Assembly (NCBI GenBank): GCA_963730935.1
Contig: CAVSTP010000004.1
Location: 416,001-480,000, forward strand
From: an uncultured Nitrospiraceae bacterium
GTDB taxonomy: Bacteria; Nitrospirota; Nitrospiria; Nitrospirales; Nitrospiraceae
DNA: 64,000 bases
Reading direction: 5' to 3'
Part shown: piece by piece, positions 49,497-64,000 of the stretch
Position numbering within the stretch: the stretch's first letter is position 1
Layout: the number at the start of each line of letters is the position of its first letter
Position numbers and translations under genes: made by a program
The notes under the pieces: generated by a model
What the model saw: only the letters and a program-made list of their open reading frames with translations
Databases searched by the model: none
What the model was told of the DNA's origin: nothing

Positions 49497-52400
49497 GTGA
49501 GAATAGAACGGCGATTTACACGTTCCGGACAGAGTCCGTATGAAGGGTTGAAGTTCGTGAAACGCTCATCGGAGATACGCAACCCTGATGGATCGACCGT
49601 CTTCAAGTTGGACCAAATCGACATCCCTGAATCCTGGTCACAGCTCGCCATCGACATCCTGGCTCAAAAATATTTTCGCAAAGCGGGCGTTCCGCAGAGG
49701 GATGAGGCCGGCAATCCCCTCCTGGGATCTGACGGGAAACCGGTTTTGGGAGGAGAGCGCGACGCCAGGCAGGTGTTCGAGCGTATGGCCGGCTGCTGGA
49801 CGCATTGGGGCAAAGCTTACGGCTACTTCAAGACCATCGAGGACAGCGCGGCGTTTCACGACGAATTGTGCTACATGCTCGCCCACCAGATGGCCGCGCC
49901 GAATTCTCCGCAGTGGTTCAATACCGGCCTGCACTACGCCTACGGCTTGTCCGGTCCCGCTCAAGGTCATTTCTACGTCGATCCGAAGACACGAGAAGTG
50001 GTGAAAGCGACGAATGCGTTCGAGCATCCGCAACCGCACGCCTGCTTCATTCAATCGATCGAAGACGACCTCGTCAACGAAAACGGGATCATGGATCTTT
50101 GGGTGCGGGAAGCCCGGCTCTTCAAGTACGGGTCAGGAACGGGTACAAATTTTTCGAAACTGCGCGGCGACGGTGAGGCACTCTCCGGCGGCGGACGCTC
50201 GTCCGGACTCATGTCGTTTCTCCGCATCGGGGACCGAGCGGCCGGCGCCATCAAGTCCGGTGGCACCACCAGGCGTGCCGCCAAGATGGTCTGCCTGGAC
50301 TTGGACCATCCCGATATCGAGGAATTTATCGATTGGAAGGTGATTGAAGAGCAAAAAGTCGCGGCGATGGTGACAGGCTCGAAAATTTGCGCCCAACGAC
50401 TCAACGCCGTCCTCAAGGCCTGTCATATCGTCGATGCCGATGGCACGCTCCATGTGTCCATCGACCCCAAGCAGAATTCGATCCTCCGCGAAGCACTGAC
50501 AGCGGCCCGCCGGGACAACGTACCCGACGCCTATATTCAGCGGATGTTTTCCTATGCGCAGCAGGGTTTCACGCATTTTCTCTTCCATGAGTACGACACC
50601 AACTGGGACGGCAGAGCCTATCAAACCGTTTCGGGACAAAACTCGAACAACAGCGTGCGCATCCCCAATGAGTTTTTCGCCGCATTGGAAGCGGATGGCG
50701 ATTGGCAGCTCAAACGACGGATCGACGGGAAAATTTCCAAAACTGTCAAGGCGCGTGATCTCTGGGACCGCATCGCCTGGGCCGCGTGGATTTGCGCCGA
50801 CCCTGGCACTCAGTACGACACCACCATCAACGAGTGGCATACCTGCCCCGAAGATGGACGTATCAACGCCTCGAACCCCTGTTCGGAATACATGTTTCTC
50901 GACGATACGGCTTGCAACCTGGCATCGCTGAATCTGGCGCAATTCTTTACGCCAGAAGGTCAGTTCGAACTTGAGCACTTCCGCCACGCGGTCCGGATCT
51001 GGACGGTCGTGTTGGAGATCAGCGTGCTCATGGCGTCGTTCCCGAGTCGCTCGATCGCCGAAAAGAGCTATCAGTTCCGCACCCTCGGCCTGGGGTACGC
51101 TAACCTCGGCACCGTCTTGATGCGACAGGGCATCCCTTACGATTCAGAGAAGGCTCTCGCCATTTGCGGGGCGCTCACCTCCATCATGACCGGTGAGGCC
51201 TACAGCGCGTCGGCGGAGATGGCGGCTGAACTCTGGCCGTTCCCCGGGTATGCGAAGAACCGCGACGCCATGTTGCGCGTGATTCGCAATCACCGCCGCG
51301 CCGCCTATACTGCGCCGACGGAGGAATTCGAGGGGCTCACGATCACACCGGCGGGTATTCAACCCGAACATTGTCCTCCGGATCTCTTGATCGCCGCGAG
51401 ACGGGCATGGGATCGGGCCCTGGAACTCGGAACCGCTTACGGATACCGCAATGCTCAGGTCACCGTGATCGCGCCGACCGGTACGATCGGTCTCGTCATG
51501 GATTGCGATACGACGGGTATCGAACCGGACTTCGCTCTAGTCAAGTTCAAGAAGCTGGCCGGCGGAGGCTACTTCAAGATCATCAATCAAAGTCTGCCGC
51601 CCGCGCTCGAAACTCTGGGCTATACCTCCTCACAAGTGCAGGATATCGTCAACTATTGTGTGGGCCGCCAGACCTTGCAGAGCGCGCCCTTCATCAATCA
51701 CGAGACGCTGAAACAAAAGGGGTTTGACGATGCAGCGCTGGCCCGAATGGAAAGCGGGTTGTCGCAGGCGTTCGAAATCCAGTTTGCCTTCAATAAGTAT
51801 GTGCTCGGGGAAGAGTTCTGTCGCGCCAAACTCGGGCTCACCGACGTTCAGCTGACTGAGGCCAATTTCAACATGTTGAAGGCGCTCGGCTTCACGCAAG
51901 AGGAGATTGGCGCCGCCAACGATTACTGCTGCGGCACCATGACCGTAGAAGGCGCGCCGCACCTCAAAGCCGAACATCTGCCTGTATTCGACTGTGCCAA
52001 TCGGTGCGGTCGCATCGGCCAACGCTATATTGCCGTCGATGCCCATATTCGTATGATGGCGGCCGCTCAGCCCTTCATCAGTGGAGCCATCAGTAAGACC
52101 ATCAACATGCCGGCGGACGCCACTCTGGAAGACGTCAAATCGGCCTATCTCTTCGCATGGAAGAGCATGGTGAAAGCCGTAGCACTCTACCGCGACGGCT
52201 CAAAGCTGAGTCAGCCGCTATCCGCGTCCACTGACAGTGGAAAGACCGTCGAGGCATCCACCGAAGTCTTGAACATTGCCGAGAAGATCACCGAACGGGT
52301 GCTGGTGCGCTACCTAGCCAAGCGGCGTCCGCTACCAGCCAGGCGAAACGGGTACACGCAAAAGGCGGTCATCGGAGGGCATAAACTCTATCTCAGAACC

Positions 52401-53042
52401 GGTGAGTACGATGACGGGACGGTCGGCGAGATCTTTCTGGACATGCACAAGGAAGGAGCCGCCTTCCGGAGCCTCATGAACTGCTTTGCAATCGCCATTT
52501 CGCTGGGCCTCCAGCACGGCGTCCCCCTCGAGGAGTTCGTCGAGGCCTTCGTCTTTACACGCTTCGAGCCCAATGGCCCGGTCAAATTGAACGACCGCAT
52601 TAAGATGTCCACGTCGATCATCGACTACATCTTCCGGGAGTTGGCGGTGACGTACTTGGATCGGTACGATCTGGCACAAGTCAAGGAAGAGGATTTGCGG
52701 ATGGACTCCGTCAAAAAGGACGCGCCGGATCCCGAGTGCTCCGAGGAGGAAGCGGACCCGCAGACTCTCGCCTCTTCCTCGATCAGCACGGAGCTGTTTC
52801 CCTCCAGAAGGGGCATGCAACCGAGACATGGAGGCAACGGTCACGGAAACGGCAATGGCAGCGTGACGCACAAGGTTGAGCTCAAGCGGGAAACGTTGAC
52901 GTACACAGCCGAGGCCGTGAAGTACGCGCGCCTTCAAGGCTATGAAGGGGATCCTTGCCAGGGCTGCAACGAGTTCAAGCTCGTCAGAAACGGCACCTGT
53001 TTGAAATGCATGGGCTGCGGCGCCACTAGCGGATGCTCATAG
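49497..53042 (+). CDS. nrdJ: Class II (adenosylcobalamin-dependent) ribonucleotide reductase
   Basis: [29 protein letters not shown]-terminal TSCPD-like domain and Cys-rich end (SGCS). Confidence 0.96.
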   Translation: MRIERRFTRSGQSPYEGLKFVKRSSEIRNPDGSTVFKLDQIDIPESWSQLAIDILAQKYFRKAGVPQRDEAGNPLLGSDGKPVLGGERDARQVFERMAGCWTHWGKAYGYFKTIEDSAAFHDELCYMLAHQMAAPNSPQWFNTGLHYAYGLSGPAQGHFYVDPKTREVVKATNAFEHPQPHACFIQSIEDDLVNENGIMDLWVREARLFKYGSGTGTNFSKLRGDGEALSGGGRSSGLMSFLRIGDRAAGAIKSGGTTRRAAKMVCLDLDHPDIEEFIDWKVIEEQKVAAMVTGSKICAQRLNAVLKACHIVDADGTLHVSIDPKQNSILREALTAARRDNVPDAYIQRMFSYAQQGFTHFLFHEYDTNWDGRAYQTVSGQNSNNSVRIPNEFFAALEADGDWQLKRRIDGKISKTVKARDLWDRIAWAAWICADPGTQYDTTINEWHTCPEDGRINASNPCSEYMFLDDTACNLASLNLAQFFTPEGQFELEHFRHAVRIWTVVLEISVLMASFPSRSIAEKSYQFRTLGLGYANLGTVLMRQGIPYDSEKALAICGALTSIMTGEAYSASAEMAAELWPFPGYAKNRDAMLRVIRNHRRAAYTAPTEEFEGLTITPAGIQPEHCPPDLLIAARRAWDRALELGTAYGYRNAQVTVIAPTGTIGLVMDCDTTGIEPDFALVKFKKLAGGGYFKIINQSLPPALETLGYTSSQVQDIVNYCVGRQTLQSAPFINHETLKQKGFDDAALARMESGLSQAFEIQFAFNKYVLGEEFCRAKLGLTDVQLTEANFNMLKALGFTQEEIGAANDYCCGTMTVEGAPHLKAEHLPVFDCANRCGRIGQRYIAVDAHIRMMAAAQPFISGAISKTINMPADATLEDVKSAYLFAWKSMVKAVALYRDGSKLSQPLSASTDSGKTVEASTEVLNIAEKITERVLVRYLAKRRPLPARRNGYTQKAVIGGHKLYLRTGEYDDGTVGEIFLDMHKEGAAFRSLMNCFAIAISLGLQHGVPLEEFVEAFVFTRFEPNGPVKLNDRIKMSTSIIDYIFRELAVTYLDRYDLAQVKEEDLRMDSVKKDAPDPECSEEEADPQTLASSSISTELFPSRRGMQPRHGGNGHGNGNGSVTHKVELKRETLTYTAEAVKYARLQGYEGDPCQGCNEFKLVRNGTCLKCMGCGATSGCS

Positions 53043-53054
53043 GGGGGTGCGGCC

Positions 53055-53462
53055 ATGAGCCCGACCCTTCGGGAACACGGCATCGAAACGGTCCACGACC
53101 AGGTCGTGAGCCTGGTCGCTCAACGCTGGGCCAAGGTGTTTGTCTGCAAGGTCACGATCAAAACCGGCCTTGATCAGAATGCTTGGGCGGATCCCAACCA
53201 GGTTTGCGACATCGTGGGGTGGTACGTGAGCTCCGGCGGCAATACGATGGAATGGATGGCGGAAGTCGAAACTAAGGACTCCCTGGGGGATCCCCTGGTG
53301 GTCGACAAATGGAAAAGGACGATCACTCGCGGTATTCCCTTCTATCTGCTCGTGCCACGTGGCCTGAAAGAAGTAGCGTTCAAGTTGATCCAGGAGCAGG
53401 CGCTCACCGTCAGCTGCGTCTATGAATTCACCTTTATCAATGGGGTATGTCACATACTTTGA
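53055..53462 (+). CDS. Hypothetical protein, possible PD-(D/E)xK-like fold
   Basis: H...CDIVG...AEVET...W...FYLLVP pattern. Confidence 0.6.
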   Translation: MSPTLREHGIETVHDQVVSLVAQRWAKVFVCKVTIKTGLDQNAWADPNQVCDIVGWYVSSGGNTMEWMAEVETKDSLGDPLVVDKWKRTITRGIPFYLLVPRGLKEVAFKLIQEQALTVSCVYEFTFINGVCHIL

Positions 53463-53556
53463 GGGCAGAGAACCAGCGCGCCTGAACAGGCCCTCATGCT
53501 TGCGGTTCACCCGCGGGAAGTGATAGGAGTACGGGCGCTCGTATAGAGGCTTTCGC

Positions 53557-53967
53557 ATGCCAACCACCACGCAACTGGTCATCAGCAGTCAGAGCCGTCC
53601 CGGCGTAATGGCGCAAGTCGCTTCCGTCCTGGGAGAGGCAGGCGTCAACATCAAGGCCTTTTCCGCTCCAGAGGTCACCGGCACGGGCAAACTCAGACTT
53701 TTGGTTGCCGATCTTGAGGGGGCTCGTACCGCCTTGCGGATGGCCAAGATCAAGTTCGCCGAAGAAACCGCGCTCATTTTGAGCTTGGAAAACAAACCGG
53801 GAGCCCTGAACGAAGTCGCCGACCTGTTGACGAAGGCGCGCATCAACATCAAGTGCGGTTATTGCACTCCTTCACGGGAAGGCAAACGCGCGATTGTCGT
53901 TCTCACCGTTGCGAATATCGAAAAGGCTCTTTCTATACTTCGGGATCAATCGCTCGACGAGTTCTAG
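53557..53967 (+). CDS. Tandem ACT-domain protein
   Basis: SRPG..A.V...L.EAGVNI and NKPGAL..V...L..A.INI. Confidence 0.9.
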   Translation: MPTTTQLVISSQSRPGVMAQVASVLGEAGVNIKAFSAPEVTGTGKLRLLVADLEGARTALRMAKIKFAEETALILSLENKPGALNEVADLLTKARINIKCGYCTPSREGKRAIVVLTVANIEKALSILRDQSLDEF

Positions 53968-54021
53968 TCGAGGTGCTGATGTCTCACTGCATCCGCTAGG
54001 AGTTGACCGCTCTTCGGATAT

Positions 54022-54723
54022 GTGCGACCCGATAGGCCTGAGCGAATGAGCATGCCCGGCGGTCGTGTGCCTGCCTTGGCTTTCTTCCCCGCATTCCTTC
54101 TCATTGTCAGCTTCGTCGCAGGATGCAACAGTGCTGTCCCAAAACCCGTCTACTTTCCCGGATACCCCGTGGGCTATATCGAGCGCGGGATGGCATCCTG
54201 GTATGGACCAGGATTTCATGGCAACAAAACAGCCAACGGGGAACGGTACGATATGCACAAGCTGACGGCCGCCCATCGGACGCTCCCGCTCGGATCCATC
54301 GCGGTGGTTCGATCGGCCACCACCGGCAAAGAGGTCACCGTGCGCATCAACGACCGCGGTCCTTTCGCCAAGGGGCGTGTTCTCGACCTCTCGTATGCGG
54401 GTGCTCAGACGCTCGGCATGGTGGGGCATGGAACTGATCAGATCGAACTTCGTGTGATCGGATTTCAGGGCAGAACCGCAGAAGTGGGGTCCCTGCGGGT
54501 GCAAATTGGATCCTTCGTTGAACATCAAAATGCTGCGACACTCCTGCAGCGGGCCCAACGGATCTACACTGGAGGAAGGATTCAGGCGGTGGACCTTCCG
54601 GATGGAAGGCGATACCGCGTTCAAATAGGGGAGTTCAAGACCGAAGCTCAAGCCGAGTCGGTCGCCAGGAGGCTGGAGGAGGATTTGGCCGTACAGTCCT
54701 TTGTTTTTCGGGACGATAGCTGA
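54022..54723 (+). CDS. rlpA: Septal ring lytic transglycosylase RlpA-family lipoprotein with SPOR domain
   Basis: G.ASWYG..FHG..TANGE.YD...TAAH.TLP, RINDRGPF; start uncertain. Confidence 0.9.
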   Translation: MRPDRPERMSMPGGRVPALAFFPAFLLIVSFVAGCNSAVPKPVYFPGYPVGYIERGMASWYGPGFHGNKTANGERYDMHKLTAAHRTLPLGSIAVVRSATTGKEVTVRINDRGPFAKGRVLDLSYAGAQTLGMVGHGTDQIELRVIGFQGRTAEVGSLRVQIGSFVEHQNAATLLQRAQRIYTGGRIQAVDLPDGRRYRVQIGEFKTEAQAESVARRLEEDLAVQSFVFRDDS

Positions 54724-54956
54724 GTCCTGAAATATAAGCCAATGATTTTACGGTGACTTTTGCTGAAGTGCTTGCCCCTCCTTCAGGCCTATGATACATG
54801 TACACCTCATGAAAACTGTACCCCCCCATGGCGCCTTCCGCATCGACCTTGGCCTTTCCCCCATGTGCCTCTCCTGTCCAATCGCCGGAAGTAGCCCTCT
54901 GTTGTCCTGTGTCCGGACGACCGTGCGCGTGACCCGTCCCTAAGCCCGGAACCTCT

Positions 54957-58398
<3,442 letters not shown>

Positions 58399-58494
58399 TT
58401 ATTCTATCCAATCCAATTGAGAGGCTTGCGAGCACTGCGGCACTCTGATCGCGGAACGTACGGGCACGCATCCGCGTGCGATGAGGAGGAAGAC

Positions 58495-59136
58495 ATGAAG
58501 GGGGAAGCGCGTGTAAGAAGATCCCTGCTGAGACCGGCCGGAAGGATCATCGTGCTGATTTGTGGAGGCCTAGTGTTCAGCGGTTGTGTACTGTCGGAAA
58601 AATATGAGGCGGAAAAGGCGCGGAGCCTTAATTTTCAACGTCTTCTCGCCCAGGAAGAAAAGCGGACGGGCGAACTGGACAATGAAGTCAAACGGACCAA
58701 GCGGGAGTTGACCGAATACGAAACACGCAACCGCGAACTCACCGCTCAGGTGCAGGCCGTGCGCGAGCAACTGGCGCGCGCGCAGGAAGAGAGTGAGGCG
58801 ATCAAAGAGGCGGCGCTCCTCGAACGCAAGGCGAAGGCGGACATGAAGCGCTCGGCGCCTCCCATCCCCAAAACTCCACCACCGGAATCCACGCCGAGCA
58901 TGAGCGAGCTATTGGGAACGACACCGGGGTCTCAGCCCGACGCATCGTCCCCTCCGGCTGATCTACAAATGGATGCCAAGGTCGGACCGAATATCCACGT
59001 GGTGAAACCGGGGGAAACCCTCTATCGCATCAGCCGGCGTTATGGCGTGAAAGTCGACACCTTGCGCAAGTGGAACAAGCTTCCAGACGATATCATCGAA
59101 GTTGGACAAAAATTAATCGTGAGTCAGGAGCCATAG
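58495..59136 (+). CDS. Coiled-coil + LysM lipoprotein
   Basis: FSGC lipobox; HVVKPGETLY.IS.RYGV....L.KWN. Confidence 0.85.
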   Translation: MKGEARVRRSLLRPAGRIIVLICGGLVFSGCVLSEKYEAEKARSLNFQRLLAQEEKRTGELDNEVKRTKRELTEYETRNRELTAQVQAVREQLARAQEESEAIKEAALLERKAKADMKRSAPPIPKTPPPESTPSMSELLGTTPGSQPDASSPPADLQMDAKVGPNIHVVKPGETLYRISRRYGVKVDTLRKWNKLPDDIIEVGQKLIVSQEP

Positions 59137-59144
59137 GCGAAACC

Positions 59145-60641
59145 GTGCCTTCTCCGACCTATTCACTCAGCCTCGAGGAATTCCGCCGGTACGCCCGGGA
59201 GGGGAATCTCATCCCTCTCTACCGCGAAATTCTTGCGGACTACGACACGCCGGTGTCGGCCTTCGCGAAAATTGATCACGGCCCGACCGCGTATCTGCTG
59301 GAAAGCATCGAAGGGGGAGAGAAGTGGGCGCGTTATTCCTTCCTGGGGAGCGGCTCTCCAGTCGTCATCTATGAGGACCATGGGGACCTCGTTCAACTCC
59401 GGGGGAAACGGAAGAGGCGCATTGCGAGCCGCGGTAAGCCGCTCGACCGACTCCAGGAGATCATGGCCGCCTATCGCCCCGTCGTCGTTCCTGACCTTCC
59501 TCGATTTGTCGGAGGCGCTGTCGGCTATCTCAGCTATGATATCATCAGGACGTTCGAAGAGTTGCCTGGGCGCCAGAAGGAGCACATCAGCCTCCCGGAT
59601 TTTGCCTTTCTTCTCACCGATACCTTGGTGATCTTCGACAACGTCTCGCAGAAGATCAAAGTCGTTGCCAATGCTCACGTCACGTCTACCCGGGACCGCG
59701 ATGTGAAGCGGGCGTATCGTGCGGCGACGGACCAAATTGAACGGATGATCGCGCGCCTCAAGCGCCCGCTCCGTAGAACTCGGCCTCACCGGCGACGCCG
59801 GCCGATCACGTTCACGTCAAACATGAGCAAGGCCGACTTTGAAAAGATGGTGGTGCGCACGAAGGAATACATCCGGGCCGGCGATGTCGTCCAGACCGTG
59901 CTCTCCCAGCGATGGGAAACAAACGTTCAGGCACCGCCGTTGCAGTTGTACAGGGCGCTTCGCGTCGTGAATCCCTCTCCCTACATGTATTATCTGCGCG
60001 TGGCAGGCGTAGAACTGGTCGGCTCATCTCCCGAAACGTTGGTTCGCTGCGAGGACGGCGTGATCACGGTTCGGCCGATCGCGGGCACGCGCCGTCGTGG
60101 ACAGAGCGCCGAAGAGGACCTGCAACTGGAACGCCGCCTCCTGGCGGACGACAAGGAGCGCGCCGAGCACGTCATGTTGGTGGATCTGGGTCGCAACGAC
60201 GTTGGACGCGTCGCCCATTCCGGCTCGGTCACCGTCGACTCGTTGATGCACGTCGAACGCTACTCCCATGTGATGCACATCGTCTCGAACGTGACCGGAC
60301 GCCTCGATCCGAGCAAAACCTCCTACGACGTCTTGCGCGCCTGCTTTCCTGCCGGAACCGTTTCGGGAGCACCGAAAATCCGGGCTATGGAGATTATCGA
60401 TGAATTGGAGCCGACACGCCGGGGCCCCTACGCCGGGGCCGTCGGCTATTTCAGTTTTTCCGGTAACATGGACATGTGCATCAACATCCGCACGGTTGTA
60501 ATCAAGAAACACCAGGCGTTTATTCAGGCCGGCGCCGGCATCGTAGCGGATTCGAATCCCGAGCATGAATACGAAGAAACCTGCAATAAGGCGCGCGCCA
60601 TGATGAAAGCGCTCGAACTGGCAGAGCAGGGGTTGGAATAA
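59145..60641 (+). CDS. trpE: Anthranilate synthase component I
   Basis: [30 protein letters not shown]. Confidence 0.95.
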   Translation: MPSPTYSLSLEEFRRYAREGNLIPLYREILADYDTPVSAFAKIDHGPTAYLLESIEGGEKWARYSFLGSGSPVVIYEDHGDLVQLRGKRKRRIASRGKPLDRLQEIMAAYRPVVVPDLPRFVGGAVGYLSYDIIRTFEELPGRQKEHISLPDFAFLLTDTLVIFDNVSQKIKVVANAHVTSTRDRDVKRAYRAATDQIERMIARLKRPLRRTRPHRRRRPITFTSNMSKADFEKMVVRTKEYIRAGDVVQTVLSQRWETNVQAPPLQLYRALRVVNPSPYMYYLRVAGVELVGSSPETLVRCEDGVITVRPIAGTRRRGQSAEEDLQLERRLLADDKERAEHVMLVDLGRNDVGRVAHSGSVTVDSLMHVERYSHVMHIVSNVTGRLDPSKTSYDVLRACFPAGTVSGAPKIRAMEIIDELEPTRRGPYAGAVGYFSFSGNMDMCINIRTVVIKKHQAFIQAGAGIVADSNPEHEYEETCNKARAMMKALELAEQGLE

Positions 60642-60655
60642 CGGCAGAAACCGCC

Positions 60656-61219
60656 ATGCTGTTGATGATCGATAATTACGATTCATTCACCTACAACCTC
60701 GTCCAGTACTTCGGGGAGCTGGGTGAAGATGTCCGTGTCTACCGGAACAACAAGATTTCTGTGCAGCAGATCGAGGTGCTGAAACCCAACCGTATCGTCG
60801 TCTCGCCGGGACCTTGCACCCCCAATGAAGCTGGTGTCTCGGTCGAGGTGATTAAGCATTTTTCCGGACGCTTGCCTGTACTCGGCGTCTGTCTCGGCCA
60901 TCAGTCCCTGGCGGTGGCGTTCGGGGGCCAAGTCGTGAGGGCCGAGCGCCTGATGCATGGCAAGACGTCCCGCATCCAGCACGACGGACGGACGATTTTC
61001 CGGGAGCTGCCGAATCCCTTCGATGCGACCAGGTATCATTCGCTGATTGTCGAGCGGGCAAGCCTCCCGTCCTGCTTCGAGGTATCCGCCGAAACAGCCG
61101 AAGGCGAAATCATGGGCATGCGCCATACCTCCCTCGGCGTGGAAGGCGTGCAATTCCATCCGGAATCGATCCTGACCTCGGCAGGGAAGGATCTCCTCCG
61201 CAATTTCCTCAAGATGTGA
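60656..61219 (+). CDS. trpG: Anthranilate synthase component II
   Basis: [28 protein letters not shown]. Confidence 0.93.
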   Translation: MLLMIDNYDSFTYNLVQYFGELGEDVRVYRNNKISVQQIEVLKPNRIVVSPGPCTPNEAGVSVEVIKHFSGRLPVLGVCLGHQSLAVAFGGQVVRAERLMHGKTSRIQHDGRTIFRELPNPFDATRYHSLIVERASLPSCFEVSAETAEGEIMGMRHTSLGVEGVQFHPESILTSAGKDLLRNFLKM

Positions 61220-61227
61220 CCCCTCTC

Positions 61228-62256
61228 ATGGCTACGATCAGAGACGCCATCGCCAAATTAGCCGACCGGCTCACGTTGACGGAAAAGGAAGCGGAAGAGG
61301 TCATGCGCGAAATCATGGAGGGTGCGGCGACGCCGGCCCAAATCGCCGCATATCTGATGGGACTTCGCCTCAAGGGGGAGACCGTCGAGGAACTGGCAGG
61401 GTCGGTTCGCGCGATGCGCGCTCACGCCGTTCGGATCACCGTCGGCGCGTCACTGGTCGTGGACACCTGCGGCACGGGAGGCGACGGCCGTCATACATTC
61501 AATATTTCGACGACGACCGCCTTCGTCGTGGCCGGCGCTGGATTGACCGTCGCAAAACACGGCAACCGGTCGGTCTCGTCCAAATCAGGGAGCGCCGACG
61601 TGCTGTCGGAATTAGGCGTGAACATCAACTTGCCGCCCGACCACGTTTCGGACTGCGTCAACGACGTGGGCATCGGATTTCTGTTTGCGCCCCTCTATCA
61701 CGGTGCCATGAAACACTGTGCAGGGCCACGGCAGGACATGGGTGTCCGTACGATGCTCAACCTGTTGGGGCCGCTGACGAACCCTGCGGGAGCGACTGTG
61801 CAGGTCTTGGGCGTCTACGAGCCGCGCCTGACGGAGCTGCTGGGCAAGGTGCTCATGCACCTCGGCTCACAACATTGCTTTGTCGTCCATGGCATGGACG
61901 GGCTGGACGAGATCACCCTCACAGACCGTACAATCGTCTCGGAAGCGAAGGGCGGAGTCTTGTCCAACTACGTGCTGACGCCCCAGGAATTCGGCCTCGC
62001 ACACGTCTCTCCCAAGGAGCTGGCCGGGGGGTTGCCGGCGGATAACGCCAATATCACCCGAGAAATCCTCCAAGGACGGAAAGGACCCAAACGCGACGTG
62101 GTCTGCCTCAACGCGGCGCCGGCCCTCGTCGCCGGCCGGAAGGCCAAGACCCTTCAGGAGGGCTTTCGCCTCGCCGGCCAGATCATCGACTCCGGAGCCG
62201 CGGCTGAAAAGCTGTCTCGACTGGTCGCCTATACCAACAAGGCGTCTCACGCATGA
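61228..62256 (+). CDS. trpD: Anthranilate phosphoribosyltransferase
   Basis: DTCGTGGDG, NIST, KHGNR.VSS.SGSAD. Confidence 0.96.
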   Translation: MATIRDAIAKLADRLTLTEKEAEEVMREIMEGAATPAQIAAYLMGLRLKGETVEELAGSVRAMRAHAVRITVGASLVVDTCGTGGDGRHTFNISTTTAFVVAGAGLTVAKHGNRSVSSKSGSADVLSELGVNINLPPDHVSDCVNDVGIGFLFAPLYHGAMKHCAGPRQDMGVRTMLNLLGPLTNPAGATVQVLGVYEPRLTELLGKVLMHLGSQHCFVVHGMDGLDEITLTDRTIVSEAKGGVLSNYVLTPQEFGLAHVSPKELAGGLPADNANITREILQGRKGPKRDVVCLNAAPALVAGRKAKTLQEGFRLAGQIIDSGAAAEKLSRLVAYTNKASHA

Positions 62257-63074
62257 TCTTGTCGAGGATTCTCGAACACAAGAAGGCCGAACGACGCCAC
62301 AAGCAGAGCCGTGGCTATCTCTCCGAACTCAAGGCCCAAATCAGAGACAATTCCGGCCCTCTCGGCTTCGCCGTCGCACTCGACGCGACCAGAAGCGCCA
62401 CGAGCCCGGCGCTGATTGCCGAGGTCAAGAAAGCCTCTCCGAGCCTAGGTCTACTCCGCCCAGAATTCAACGAACGATTCGACGCGGTCGGTATGGCCAG
62501 GGCCTATCAGGAGGCGGGAGCTTCGGCAGTTTCGGTTCTAACCGACAAGGATTTTTTTCAGGGAAGTTTGGACCATCTGCGCGACATCAAGCGATCGGTT
62601 TCTCTGCCGATTCTCAACAAGGAATTCATGGTCGATGAACTGCAATTCTACGAAGCGCGCGCGTACGGCGCCGACGCCGTGCTGCTGATCGTGGCCGCGC
62701 TGGAACGGGCTCAGCTCGTCGATTTTCATGTGCTGGCCCGCGAGCTGGCACTGGACGTGCTGATTGAAACCCATCATGAACGTGAGCTGGACACGGTCCT
62801 GGAATGGATTCCCGATGCCAGGATGATTGGCATCAATAATAGGGACCTCACGACTTTCACCACCGATCTCAAGATCACCAAACGTCTGGCGCCTCGCATT
62901 CCTCCCGGCAAGCTGATCGTCAGCGAGAGCGGCATTCATACCCGCAACCACGTCGAGCAACTTTTGGACATCGGGATCCATGCCATGCTCATCGGCGAGT
63001 CGCTCATCAAGGCTGAGAATTCCCGTGCCAAGATTCAGGAACTGCGCGGGATTCCCTCAACCACCCAGGCCTAA
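62253..63074 (+). CDS. trpC: Indole-3-glycerol phosphate synthase
   Basis: IAEVKKASPS, SVLTD..FF.G, GINNRDL, SESGI. Confidence 0.96.
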   Translation: MILSRILEHKKAERRHKQSRGYLSELKAQIRDNSGPLGFAVALDATRSATSPALIAEVKKASPSLGLLRPEFNERFDAVGMARAYQEAGASAVSVLTDKDFFQGSLDHLRDIKRSVSLPILNKEFMVDELQFYEARAYGADAVLLIVAALERAQLVDFHVLARELALDVLIETHHERELDTVLEWIPDARMIGINNRDLTTFTTDLKITKRLAPRIPPGKLIVSESGIHTRNHVEQLLDIGIHAMLIGESLIKAENSRAKIQELRGIPSTTQA

Positions 63075-63078
63075 CGCG

Positions 63079-63720
63079 ATGCGCCGAGACATCAAAGTGA
63101 AAGTATGCGGCATCACCAATGCCAAGGACGCGTTCGCTGCGGTCGAAGCGGGCGCGGATGCTTTGGGCTTCATTTTCTACGAGAAAAGCCCTCGCTACGT
63201 CGTGCCGGCCGTCGCCGCGAGCATCATCGCTGAACTGCCCCCCTTGGTCACACCGGTCGGCGTGTTCGTGAACGAGGGCATGGCCGCCGTCCGATCCATC
63301 ATGGATACCTGCGGTCTCGCCATGGCACAGTTACATGGAGACGAGAATGTCTCATACTGCCGTGAGTTGGCCAGGCCGGCGATGAAAGCACTCCGACTCA
63401 CGGACCGTCGCAGCCTGCTCGCTTTGGCCGAGTATCAAGGACGGGGCGGCGTCCGGGGATTCGTCCTCGACACGTTTTCGGAACTGGCCTACGGGGGAAC
63501 GGGTCAGACCAACGACTGGGGTCTGGCTGCAGACGTCGCCAAGAGCACGCCTATTCTGCTCGCTGGCGGTCTTACTCCCGGTAATGTGACCGAGGCGATC
63601 CGTACCGTCCGGCCCTACGGCGTCGACGTGAGCAGCGGAGTGGAATCGGCTCCCGGCAAAAAAGACCATGCAAAAATGCGCGCGTTTATCGACGCCGTCA
63701 GGGTTGTCTCTTCTTCGTGA
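63079..63720 (+). CDS. trpF: Phosphoribosylanthranilate isomerase
   Basis: KVCGIT, QLHG.E, GGTG, LAGGL, DVSSGVE. Confidence 0.96.
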   Translation: MRRDIKVKVCGITNAKDAFAAVEAGADALGFIFYEKSPRYVVPAVAASIIAELPPLVTPVGVFVNEGMAAVRSIMDTCGLAMAQLHGDENVSYCRELARPAMKALRLTDRRSLLALAEYQGRGGVRGFVLDTFSELAYGGTGQTNDWGLAADVAKSTPILLAGGLTPGNVTEAIRTVRPYGVDVSSGVESAPGKKDHAKMRAFIDAVRVVSSS

Positions 63721-63742
63721 GGCTGTTTATACTGCCCGCACC

Positions 63743-64000
63743 ATGACGAACCGGAAGCTCACCACGATTGTGCCTGACCGCCAGGGCCGCTTCGGCGTCT
63801 ATGGAGGCCGTTATGTTCCCGAGACATTGATGCCCGCGCTGCTGGAATTGGAGCGGGAATACGCTCAGGCGAAAAAAGACCGGCGCTTTCAAGTGGAGCT
63901 CTCCTATTATCTCAAGGACTATGTCGGACGTCCGACTCCTCTGTATTTTGCCAAGCGGCTCACGAACCGTCTGGGCGGTGCCAAGATCTACCTCAAGCGG
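63743..64000 (+). CDS. trpB: Tryptophan synthase beta chain (5' part, runs off window)
   Basis: [13 protein letters not shown]...[11 protein letters not shown]...GGAKIYLKR. Confidence 0.95.
   Translation, partial: MTNRKLTTIVPDRQGRFGVYGGRYVPETLMPALLELEREYAQAKKDRRFQVELSYYLKDYVGRPTPLYFAKRLTNRLGGAKIYLKR

Noticed and set aside
59070..59144. trp attenuator or leader peptide
   Set aside because: trpE follows the LysM gene by 8 bp; no Trp-rich leader or terminator

Overview
Bacterial chromosome window; gene content and the style of the small genes suggest a Nitrospira-like organism (inference, not verified). There are three zones. (1) 1-8.5 kb: an exported peptidase locus with two multidomain C14 (caspase-like) proteins that carry signal peptides and intact His/Cys dyads (one WD40-Ig-C14, one Sel1-coiled-coil-C14), a YVTN beta-propeller lipoprotein and a divergent autotransporter-type beta-barrel. 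(2) About 8.6-21.5 kb: an accessory region built around tRNA-Arg(UCU) at 15909-15985. It has two upstream 5'-half copies (8631, 13100), one downstream 3'-half copy (17643), segment-specific arm-type repeats, IHF-like sites and a short integrase remnant. This looks like several stacked, integrase-less islets carrying mainly signalling cargo (stand-alone receivers, PilZ and TPR-PilZ proteins, RHH proteins, a frameshifted FG-GAP protein). (3) 21.7-64 kb: mostly core genes, including DUF748, 1-Cys peroxiredoxin, radical SAM, msrB, lon, an RlmL-type methylase, a RelE-like TA pair, a mutY-mutT-exonuclease unit, mtaB-miaB, ampG, nrdJ with NrdR and DnaA boxes, rlpA, a CNNM/CBS protein, ligA and trpE-G-D-C-F-B(partial). 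No CRISPR array, rRNA or intact integrase/transposase was seen. All family calls come from reading motifs by eye.
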